DNA from: Azolla caroliniana
Taxonomy: Eukaryota; Plantae; Polypodiophyta
Direction: 5' to 3'
DNA length: 64,000 bases
Assembly (NCBI GenBank): GCA_043228905.1
Contig: JBHGNT010000010.1
Span: 4,278,001 to 4,342,000, forward strand
The first letter of the stretch is position 1. The number at the start of each line of letters is the position of its first letter. Positions 40,420 through 52,230 of this stretch are shown piece after piece. The position numbers and the translations under genes were made by a program. The notes under the pieces are model-generated. The model saw only the letters and a list, made by a program, of their open reading frames with translations. It did no database searches and was not told the origin of the DNA.

Positions 40420-42632
40420 TCAACATGATTCCTGTACATATAAAATACATAAAAACAAGTAAGTAATTATTAATAAAACTTTAAGTAAAGACTCAAACAA
40501 AAAACAACCAAGTAACAAGTATGCATACCTTAATCTTCCTTTGACTATCATGCGATATGTAATCTATTACCTCGTCTTCAGCAACAAGATCATCCAAATT
40601 CATTGTTAGTTCCGCATAACTGATGTGAAAATTATCTAACATTTGAACATTACATTCTTTTAAAACATTCATCCATGATCGAACGCACATTTCAGCTTTG
40701 AAAGTGCATGAATGTAGTTTTATCCTATTATCAAAGGTCATTTTTGCTGCCGAATTAGCCTCTTCAGCAGGTACTGATGATGCTGGTATACTGAGGTAAT
40801 CACATGCCATCCTATATAGTGAAGGCATTGCCGATTTATTTTCATTCCACCATTGTAAAGGATCCTTATCCGTGCTAGCCGAAGGAAGTCTCATAAAGTG
40901 CTGACTTTCTGACTGTGAATCGGAAATAAGACTTTTATTATTTACACCCATTAACGTCCAAATTTTAGAGTTCTTATCATTTTCATGTATTGTGGTTGAA
41001 GCCGAACGTGGTTCAACATCACTCGAGAACGAGTGATAGTGGGACTCAATCATGCTTTCAACCAACTTAATATCTAACTCTCTTTCTGTATGATTATTTG
41101 GAAGAGGCAATCTATCAAACAAATAAAACGGTTTTAAACTCAAATAAAAAATCAGAAATCATGATGATAATTGTACGATATAAAGGTAAGCATTACCTGG
41201 GATCAAGAAACATTGCTATGCGAGATGGAATAGACTTTAACGATTCTTGATACTTAATTAAATATTGCAAGCAGTTCTCAGATGCTCTTTGAAGCACCTC
41301 TTGTGTAAATCTAGATGATCCTGGAAGCGAAGAATCTAAAAATTGATTGCAATGATTTAGTAAACAATTATATGCTAGCGATGCTAGTGATAATGTAGGA
41401 TATTTTGAGCCTCCCAAAAAAGTAGAAACCTCGGCCGGTGTATCTAGCCATTCCGCCATGGCATGTATGTGACTCCAATCTTCTCTGGTCAAGACATTAC
41501 CATTGAAATCACTTGATATTGTTAAATCTGAAATTGTAAAGTTCAATACATCTTTATCTTTGATAGATTGCCTAAACATTTCCAAGGTAGAATTCCATCT
41601 TGTAACAACATCGAGCCTTGGGGGTTCCCTTTCATGATGCTCAACCATCCTAGCATACTTCCTAAACACTTCCCTTCGAACCTTGCTAGATCTAATAGTA
41701 TGGAGCACTGTTCTCAACTTTTCTGTTGAGGGTGAGATAACCTCTAATGCTGCCTTGATACCCAACTGAAAAGTGTGAACCATACATCTTAACATATGTG
41801 ATGGAGCCAAAATTTCCTTACCATGCTCATCTTGTAACAACATGCTCAACTCTTTTGCAGCTACTTGTGCATCACTCGCTCCATCAAAAATTGTAGCTAA
41901 GAGTCGACTAGAAATATCAAAGGATCGAAGTCGAGCAAAAAGGGCATGTGCACAACGCTTCCCTGATCCAACACCTGGAAATACATGCACAAAATCCAAT
42001 AACATTGACCTTGACCTTGCTGTCTCATGACATACCCAATGAAGTGTCACTGAGTAGAAGCCCTTCAAACTACTATTTGACCAACCATCAAATGTTATGG
42101 AAAATCTTGATTGGCATTTTGATAGCAAATCTATCACCTGACGACGCAACACCACATACATTTCTAGGATAGAACGCTTAATTGTACGTCTTGACTTTAC
42201 TTGATATCCAGGTACAATTTGTTGCATGAATTCCTTAAATTCAGGTGATTCCACATGTGCATGGGGCAATGTTCCCTTCACAATATACTTCACGATGGCA
42301 GCATCAATTTTCTTCTCTAAAACATGAGATACTCTAGCTGACTCAATTGAAGATTGAATGTGATGTGATATACCTGAATTTTGGTCTGGGTCGCTTGATA
42401 AACGATGCTTTTCTGCTAAATGTTTGGCTATAGTGCCTGTGGATGTTGTAGAAGACCAACAAACATGGCAATGATGGCATCGTCGTCGAGGTGTGCCATT
42501 ATCCATATAAAATATGATGTGAGCATCTGTCCATGATGTGCGTAGCCTTTTTCTTGAGCTACTTGTTGACCCACGACTAACATCAAATGAAGATGAGTTC
42601 ATTGCAGCATCAGTTTGAGATGATGATTCCAT
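40420..42632 (-). CDS. hAT transposase (BED finger, DDE core, C-terminal dimerisation domain), apparently intact
   Basis: Predicted exons 42632-41197, 41111-40529, 40431-40420 (GT-AG, in phase, ~675 aa). BED W..H..CHHC..STGTIAKHLAEKH. Catalytic motifs ITFDGWS, TIFDGAS, RCMVH, VVTRWNST and SSVPAEEANS. Dimerisation region PLQWW..MPSLYRMACDYLSIPASS. Start codon and last exon are inferred. Confidence 0.88.
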
Positions 42633-42779
42633 TTTATGGTGTCCTATAAAATTCAATTAACTCAATTAGCACATTTCAAATATGTACATTATAATGAGAA
42701 AAATAAATGAAGTAGAAAGTTTGCTAAGTTAGCTAAGAACAGTAAAACGACCATTATGTCCAATGGCAAACATAGAAAG

Positions 42780-43380
42780 ATAGACATGCCCATTACTCTA
42801 ATCACTCAATAAAACATTCGTGTTAACTTCACTAACCAGATAAACAATGGACACCACCGTTTACTCTACTCACAAGATAAACGATGCAAATCCAAGTTGT
42901 CAAGTTAACCCATGACCGCGCACCCATGTTTACCTTAATCACCAGATAAATTGGACATCCATGTTTACTTTACTCCAATCATTAAATAAACAATGGATAC
43001 CCATGTTTACTCTCATTAACAGGATAATCCATGGACATCCATATTTTCTGACAGGATAAACAACTGACACTCATGCCCCCAATGCTCATAAGGTAAATAA
43101 TAGATGTTATTGTTTACTCTGCTCACAAAATAAACAATGGACGTCCATGTTTAAAATGCTCCATTCACCACATAAATACTCGATATCCATGTTTTTCTAC
43201 TCACAAAATATAGAATGTGCATTTATGTTAACATCAATAACCAGATAAACAGTGGATAACCATATTTACTCTACTCTGAAGATAAATAATGATCATCTAT
43301 GTTTACTCCACCCAGAAAATAAACAATAAACATGCAATCTTAATGGCTCAGAAAATGAGCAATGAACATCAATGTTTGAT
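42780..43380. repeat. Degenerate ~40-bp self-complementary tandem repeat upstream of the hAT transposase
   Basis: Recurring (G)ATAAACAATGGA..CCATGTTTAC(T) units, about 12-14 copies. Confidence 0.75.
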
Positions 43381-44904
43381 ATGAATGGTGAAGACTTTCA
43401 GTACTTTATAATATAATGATACAGTCTTTCTAAGTTAGTTATGTTCTTGCAGGTGTATTTGCAGGTGTTCTAATTTCAGCATATACAATTGATACTCCTT
43501 CAGTCAGATAGCGTGGACTGAGAACTCCAAGAAATATTATTCCTTTCAATGAAAATCTAACGAGCATTGGTGTACATTAAGATCATGTCAAAACAGATCA
43601 CAGAAATATCGAAAGAGAACATAGTTGAAGCTATTCGAGATAAGCAACAAGTATTCGAAAGAGAACATAGTTGCAGGAGTCCAGTATAGATTTAAACATT
43701 ATACCAGTTCAAGATACTCGCTCACAAACACATACATATACATATATTACTGATTATTCAATCGAGCATAAACTCACATACTCGTATTGATCTCATATTT
43801 GCTTACATACAAATCTCTCTTCTCTCACATGTATGCACACACGTTAACTCACATACCCATATTCTCATATATGCAAACCACACATCTATAAAAAAAGTTT
43901 GGAGTGTCTCAGCCTGTGTTATGGATCATGATTCATACCTGTGTTATGGAGAGTTTGGAGTCTGAAGAGCAATGAAGTGGTGATTGGTGGTTGCCGCCTC
44001 AGCCTGCACAATGCCGCCTGTGTTTCTGTTCGATAATTGTGTCTGTCTGTAGTTAACAGTAGATACACAGTGTGTCTGTTCGATAGTTGTGTCTGTAGAC
44101 TGTCTGTATCATACCCTATAGTTTGTAGTATGTAGTATGTACTTACTACTACTAACTAGTATTAGGTCCATAGTAAAAATAAGAAGGGTATAATTTATAA
44201 AATAGAAAATTTAGGAAGGGTATAATTTATAAAATTGAAAATTTAGGGCTAGGGTAAGAACCTATAAACCTATAAACCGAACCAAATTAATAGAAACCGT
44301 TAAACCGATAAAACCGATAAACCGATAAACCGATAAACCGATAAATGTTAAACCGAACCGAACCGAAACCAAACCGAACTTTCATTCTTTAAACCAAACC
44401 AAACTCATTATTTAATTTTGAACCGATAAACCGTTAAGCCACGGTTTAACGGTTCGGTTCGGTTTGAGCCGAAACCGTGCCCATTGCTAATGAGCCCCCC
44501 CTCAACCTCCTTTTATAGGAAAAAAAGAAGGGGGGGTCGCCAAATTTGTCTTCAATGAGAAAGGAATAAAATTCCTTAAATAACACTATACTATAAGACT
44601 AGATTTGAACTATGCACCTCTAACTAGTAGTCAATGTGTCTATCCACTAGTCCACTAACTCTCTCTTACATAATATATAATTCTATCTCTATAAATTTAT
44701 AGCCTGTCTCCCACTACCTTTTATCTCTCCTCTCTCTTACTTTTTGCACGAGCTTCTATACCTCCTTTTCACCCTTTCTTTTCCTTTTTATTTTGCATAT
44801 GCACAATTAATCGCTTTTGTGTGCACACACATTGCACATGCACATTTTTTACCCCCCCTTTCATCGGTTTTTCCCACCCTCAAGCACGCCACATCACGAC
44901 AATA

Positions 44905-45240
44905 GAGAGAAATTTAGGTTTTGAACCCAAGATGTAATGCTAGTAGTGTATAATGACTTACTGCTAGAATAAGCTAATTACAGAGATAAAGAGAATGTCA
45001 TGGCCCATGGGTTCAATCCCTACATTCTGCAGTCGCATCTAGTAACTAAAATGTATGGAGTAATAGAGAGGTGAAGGAATACCCAATACCTAAAATCGAT
45101 AATCAATTGCTCAAATGGATGTAATTCAATTGGTAAGGTTGCTTAACGGAGATAAGAAGTTCATAGGTTCAACCTATACATCCACAATGGCATCCAGTAA
45201 GAGGAGATCTATGGAATAATAGAGAAGTGTGAAATCTGAG
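44905..45240. repeat. Cluster of tRNA-derived SINE-like repeats on both strands
   Basis: 45114-45184 folds as a degenerate cloverleaf (ATGGATG/CATCCAC acceptor, CTTA/TAAG stem, ATAGG-TTCAA-CCTAT T arm). B-box GGGTTCAATCCC at ~45009. Minus-strand B-box-like GGGTTCAAAACC at ~44917-44928. Confidence 0.5.
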
Positions 45241-47389
45241 TCCTAGGGCTAACAATCAAGTTATGATAAAAAGACATCCCATAAAACTACAATATATAGA
45301 GAAGATTATTGAGGCCACGAAGAAGGACGACATGAATAAATTAAGAAATAAAAACAATTGTATTAAAAAACAAAGATGCTTTTTGAAGAGGGTTGAATTG
45401 AAACAACTAGTGATAAATACCCCCAATACCACATCAAGGGTACATTATTGCCGTTACATAGATATTGTCACATACATTGGTCAATATTCCCCCTAATATT
45501 TCTACTTATTTTAGAGAAACCTTGTAATGAATTGAATTAGTATATGATGCGATGAATGATAATGTATCAACCATAATAGCAATGAACAAAATGTAATTAC
45601 CATAATGATGATTGTTTACATGCACAATTAATCTAATAATGGTCGAATGAAGATTAAACAAATAATTAGATCATAGTGAAATTATCATCCGAAAGCACTA
45701 AAGAAATTTATATAGTAAGTTATCCCGTGAAGCATTTAATTTAAATTGGTAGAAAATATGAGAAACTTTGATGAGGGGTACAGACAAAGGGGTAAAATTA
45801 CACTTTCCTAACTACCAAGTGGTAAGAGACATATAAATTGGACCTAAAATAAAACAAAAATATTCCATGGTCTTTATTCTATTTGTTGGAACACTTCGAG
45901 CTCTACAAGTCTACCATGACATGTGCACAAATTATTTATTGGCAAGTGAGCACTTGTCAATGGTGCAAAGTTGAAGCTTTATCAATTTCATTATTCTACA
46001 CGGGGAATATCCTTGAAGAGTCGTCAACCGAACATGATATTAAAGTAGGAAACATCCTTATTTTTTCCGCCGGTCATGGTCATTGGTGATCATTAGTGAT
46101 TAATTAATCATTCAGGCACGTTACACTAGGAGGCACGATATAACCGATATTGACGAAGGTGATGTTCGATAAGCACTTGTAATTAATGGTCTGAATAGGC
46201 GACCAACAAATGAATCATGTGAAGGCAGGTAGGTACATAACATGATTTTTTTTCCCTAGTGCCTCGTTAACATTAACCTTCAAGCAAATATCACAAGATA
46301 GTCATCCTAGAGAGTTAACGAGATAGCCAATAGACACGATTGAGAGGAGGTTGACAACATGGATGTACTCATTGGGTAGTGATTTGGTCAGGTGGTTGAC
46401 ATATGGGTGAGGGATGGCGAGATGAAGTTGATGATACATACTATGACTCTGCTTGAATTAGATAGATCGGTGGGAAGAGAGAGATAAAGAGGCCACAGAT
46501 GGATGGATGTAGCTCCTTGGTAAGGTTGTCTAATGGAGACAAGATGGTCACATATTGAACCCTTACATTCCACATTGCCTTCTAATGAATTAAGAGAATA
46601 TATATGGAGGGTAGATTGACGTATTCGCATTTGTGGGACCTACCCCACAAATACACATATGAATGCATGATCAAGTATTCGTTATGTTTTTTTTTCCAAA
46701 ATTTCATTTTAGTTTTTTGAAAAAAATGTATTTAGTGAGCAGCGAATATGGAATGACCTACAAGGAACATGGAACATGAATAGCTCAAACAACCAAAATC
46801 AACCAACATCGTGTTCCCTAAAAATTAGGGTTCGGCTACATCCTCGCTTCCTCCTCTGTGACGCTACATACTTGTCTCCTCTCCCCCATATTGTTCCCTA
46901 AAATTAGGGTTTGGCTGAAATTCGATAATTCTCTCTTCTCATCTCAATGATTTCGTCTTTATACAATCTTCAATGATTTCTTCGTCCAAATGCTACATTA
47001 CATGGTTCTCATTTTCAATCTCTTGATTAATTCATACATATATAAATTATGGTTTGGCTGAAATTCAGCAATTCTCTCCTCATCTCAATGATTTCTTCAA
47101 CGATTTCTTGGTGCCAATGCTAGTTTGGTCTCATCCCCAATCTCTTGATTAATTCATATATCTATGTGTGTATATATACAGATATGTGTACAGTGTAACA
47201 ATGTATGTATATTATTTGTGTGTACACTGTATACATACATATATATATATATATATGTATATATTTATATGTCTATATGTATATGTAAACGAATGGTTTA
47301 ATAATATTCTTGGGGACATTTTCTATTCTCAAATATCCCGAATATTACGGATGGAGAATACCACGCATGGGTCAATCTATGATATGGAG

Positions 47390-47652
47390 CATAGTATGAA
47401 CCATACGTAACATACGTGCAGTTACATTCGCGAACGGTTCAATTATTCTTGAAAGAAAAACACCCTCAAAGAATGATAAATACCATACTTTTGGATTAAC
47501 TATTTATTATGAGGTAGATAAGCCTAAATATGAAAAAAAAAAAACATTAAAAAAAGGGAAAAAAACAAAAAAAAAAACACAAGAATGTTGGGATAACATT
47601 CGCATTCGTTTTCCAATGTTATACTAGACGAACACGAATTTTACGTACTATG
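47390..47652. mobile_element. hAT-type MITE (CATAGTA TIR family) upstream of H2A.X
   Basis: Termini CATAGTATG / CGTACTATG. Perfect 8-bp TSD ATATGGAG at 47382-47389 and 47653-47660. Confidence 0.85.
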
Positions 47653-47737
47653 ATATGGAGTAATAGAGCGGTGTGAAAGTTGGTTTCGAACCTAAGACCT
47701 ATAAGTTTTTTCCCTATTACCAATGGGGGTAAGGTAA

Positions 47738-48956
<1,219 letters not shown>

Positions 48957-49439
48957 TTCGTTCTGGCGCAAGATTGAGATAAAACGATCTGATCTTCCCA
49001 AATGACTTCTGCTCCCTAATGGGTTCTATTTAAAAGTTGTCATTGTAAAGCTGGTTAAGCTTTTCCGTTGATATATATAATCACAGCAGGAATACAGAGT
49101 TTCTTATGAGTTCCATATATTTTGCTCTGATGCAAATTTGTTTTGTCTTGGTTTCAAGAATTGGTGTCTCTGTTTCTGTCCATGAAATCTGCTTCTGGGA
49201 TATGAGCAGGAAAGCAGTTTTTATAATTATCTTAGATGATTTTACATATCTTACTCGAAGCGTAATGTAAATCAAGAAAGGGTGATGTGATTAGAAAATA
49301 ATAATAAATTCCATTGTGCATACACTTCCATGATTATTAAGATTTTGTATCATCTCTTTGATGTGGACGACAAACATGGATTTATTTTCTGGGTATATTA
49401 GTTTATTGTCTCCTTGAGAGACTGTAAGTTGGAAAATAA

Positions 49440-49680
49440 TCCTTACCCCTCTATTGAAGAAATCAAGATAAACCTTATGGTGTGGTCCAATGGTTTAATA
49501 CAGTCATGTATTTTGTATTTAATCCTAAACCCTAAACCCTCTATTGAAGAGTTCAGGACAAACCTTATGGTGTGCTCGAATCGTTTAATACAGCGATGTA
49601 TTTTGTATTTAATCCTAAACCCTAAACCCTCTATTGAAGAACTCCGGATAAACCTTATGGTGTGCCTGAATGGTTTGATA
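49440..49680. repeat. ~90-bp tandem repeat x3 with CCTAAACCCTAAACCC telomere-like motif
   Basis: CCCTCTATTGAAGA..AAACCTTATGGTGTG recurs at ~49447, ~49537 and ~49627. Confidence 0.85.
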
Positions 49681-51340
49681 CATAAGCATTGGAAATCTAA
49701 GTTCTATGTATTTCGTAAGTTGTATAACAAATCTTATTGTGGTAGTTTGAGGAACCCATGGCAATGTATCTTGATACACTATGCACTAACGTGGGGTATT
49801 TTGAGAGTGTGCTCAAGGCTCCATGAATTTTTTGGCCCATTTGATTGAATTTAAAGCTATTTGCCAATAAAAACAGAATTTGAAAATTGGTAAATGATAT
49901 TGATTCTATCAATTAACTTGGAAGTTGTCAAAGTTAGCCAATGTATTGGCTACTTGGGATTTAACTGTTAGTGATTGGATCAACACCTAAAGAGAAAGTA
50001 TAAAGACTTGATATTTGATAGTTGCACCATATCAAGTCTAAATCTAATATTATATAATATATGATTGTATTTTGGTAATTACATGTGACGACTCTAATGG
50101 AATACTTTCCCCAACCGTAGAAATTGTGGTTTTGTGGTTCAGTAAAAACTGTAAAAATTGTGGTTTTGGTTTCCAACATGGGTTAAAATTTTAATTTTAA
50201 TTTTTTTGAAATTTATAATATCTCATTATGTAAATTTTTTCAGATGTTCCTAAAATGTGAGAATAAGGTCTAAAAATGAAAAGATTGTTTATAAACAATT
50301 TTTAACAATTTTTACAAATGTTTGAAATTGTTTTTAAATTTTTAAAAATAAAATAAAATAAAAAAAAACCGTTAAACCGCGGATTTTGGCTGTTAAAACT
50401 GAGCCAAAACCGAACCGAACCGTTTTTAAAAACTTAAACTTGAACCAAACCGTTTGCTTGTAAACCTTGGATTTTATGCCTCCAACATAATTGCTAATAA
50501 CATGAAAGAACAACCGATATCCTTGTTCTCCTAGGACACATGCTCAAAGAGACCTCTTTCTTCATATTGTTGTTCATGCTTACCTTGTAGGGATGCAAAC
50601 TTAAAAAGTTGACAAGGAAAAGAATCATAAAAATTTAGAATAATGTATGTACGTTTAGAAAGCTTCCTCTTATTTTCAAGGAAGCTCACTCCATACTAAT
50701 GCTGAATATTTTGCATGTCATAAAAAAATACTGATAAGATCCTTAGGATGCAATAAAAGTGTGCACAAACGTAGGGGTCTATTGCTCGAATTAAAGATCC
50801 TTGGATATACATGGCAAGTTGTGAGGAAAGGTTAGGGTATTCTTGTAATGTTTGAAACGCGAAAGTTATGTGTAGAGGGAAATGCTCGATCATTAGCCGC
50901 TTGTTCACTCACACTAAAGAGAACATGTAGAAGGTTGAGCTCATATGTGTATGCCTTATTCACACTTTGAGACTTGGTGTTTGTTAGGAAGGAGATACAC
51001 ATCAACAAAACTTTTGTACTTAGGTCCCATGGATCAATATTGGCCTCTCTATGGAATGGCGACTACCCATAAAATTGCTTCGAATGCTATATTGTCATGA
51101 ACGGCGACGAGTGATGGAATACAACATATGGATCGATCTTGTGTTTAGGGAATGATCCAACCTTGATCCCACCAATCCAATACACCCCCCCTAGAGAGTC
51201 CCGAATGCCCAAGTGTGAAACTGGACGCCTAGGTATGAATGGCAGCGATGGACTATGATCTAAACCACGAATCTAATACATCCCTTAAAGATTGTTTGAC
51301 CGCCCAAGTGCGAAGACGGACGCCTAGGTGTGAATGGTGG

Positions 51341-51738
51341 TAACAATCGGCAACGGTTCGAGTGTCCAAACTGAACCATTAATTTTTTTTGAAACTTGAA
51401 CCAAACCGAACCACAAAAAATCCAAACCATTGCGGTTTCATGGATTCGTTTCGGTTTTCAACTTAGGTCAAAATTAAAAATTAAAAATTTTCTTTATTTC
51501 AAATTTCAAAATTTCAAAATTTTAAGATTTTTCCAAAAATGTGAGAATTAGGCTTAAAAATAAAAAGGTTGTTTAATTAAAAAAAAAAAAACCATCAAAT
51601 TGTTTAAACTGAAGTGAACCGATCATCCCCAAGCCGAACTGAACCGTTAAAAAAAACTTGAACTTGAACCGAACCATTTAAACCCTTAACCTTTAAGGCA
51701 CGTTTTCACAGTTCGGTTCAAAGCGTTGCCGATTGTCA
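51341..51738. mobile_element. hAT-type MITE related to the GALT1 intron MITE
   Basis: TIRs TAACAATCGGCAACGGTT / AAGCGTTGCCGATTGTCA. TSD AATGGTGG / AATGGCAG (6/8). The uninterrupted host repeat GGACGCCTAGGT.TGAATGGCAG is at ~51222. A related remnant lies at ~50110-50480. Confidence 0.8.
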
Positions 51739-51837
51739 AATGGCAGTAGGGGATGGAATATACAATGCATGCATGGATCGGTCCTGCGTTTTGATAATGT
51801 GCCAACCTTTAACTCTATGGTGTAAACTTGAAAGTTC

Positions 51838-52018
51838 CATAGTATGTAAAATTTGTGTTCGTCTAGCATAGCATAGCGAATGTTATTCAAACATTCTTGT
51901 GTCTTTTTTTTGGTTTTTTTCCCTTTTGTTTTTGTTTTTCCCCATTTTTTAGGCTTATTTACCTCATAATAAATAGGTAATCCAAAAGTATGGAATTTAT
52001 CGTATGGTTCATACTATG
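51838..52018. mobile_element. Second copy of the CATAGTA-TIR MITE (inverted, internally deleted) upstream of RPL27
   Basis: Reverse-complement match to 47390-47652, e.g. AGGCTTAT(C/T)TACCTCATAATAAATAG.TAATCCAAAAGTATGG and GTGTTCGTCTAG. Termini CATAGTATG / CATACTATG. Confidence 0.8.
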
Positions 52019-52172
52019 CTTGAAACCACGAAACCGATACAGACGCCCCCTCGAGAGTGTCTGGACGCCCAAGTGTGAAACGGGAGTTTAGGGCTGGCCT
52101 TGTTAACTTAACTACCAAGGAGTAACTATGGTTCTGCTTCCTTTTGAGTGGAATCTCACACAGGGAGACTGT

Positions 52173-52180
52173 TAGGGTTT
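52173..52180 (-). promoter_or_regulatory. telo-box (AAACCCTA) before RPL27
   Basis: TAGGGTTT ~55 bp upstream of the ATG. Telo-boxes are typical of plant translation-machinery genes. Confidence 0.6.
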
Positions 52181-52230
52181 CCTCTCTTCTGTCTGTCGAT
52201 CTGAGTCATTGTAAGCCGCCGTAGGCTGCA

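Larger units (their letters stand above)
39578..44489 (-). mobile_element. Full-length hAT DNA transposon
   Basis: TIRs TAGCAATGGGCGCGGTT / AACCGTGCCCATTGCTA. Perfect 8-bp TSD ATGAGCCC at 39570-39577 and 44490-44497. AAACCG/AAACCA subterminal arrays at both ends. Confidence 0.96.
32646..44901 (-). mobile_element. Non-coding LTR-like relic hosting nested Copia and hAT insertions (right end uncertain)
   Basis: Starts TGTCGCGA, duplicated at 32646 and 32840; the second copy is preceded by the PBS-like remnant TACCA. Candidate complementary end TCACGACA at 44894-44901. Sequence is continuous across the Copia and hAT TSDs. No clean TSD was found for the host itself. Confidence 0.5.

Noticed and set aside
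45114-45184. Functional tRNA gene
   Set aside because: The T-loop is two bases short, the D stem is mismatched and there is no U33. Treated as a tRNA-derived repeat.
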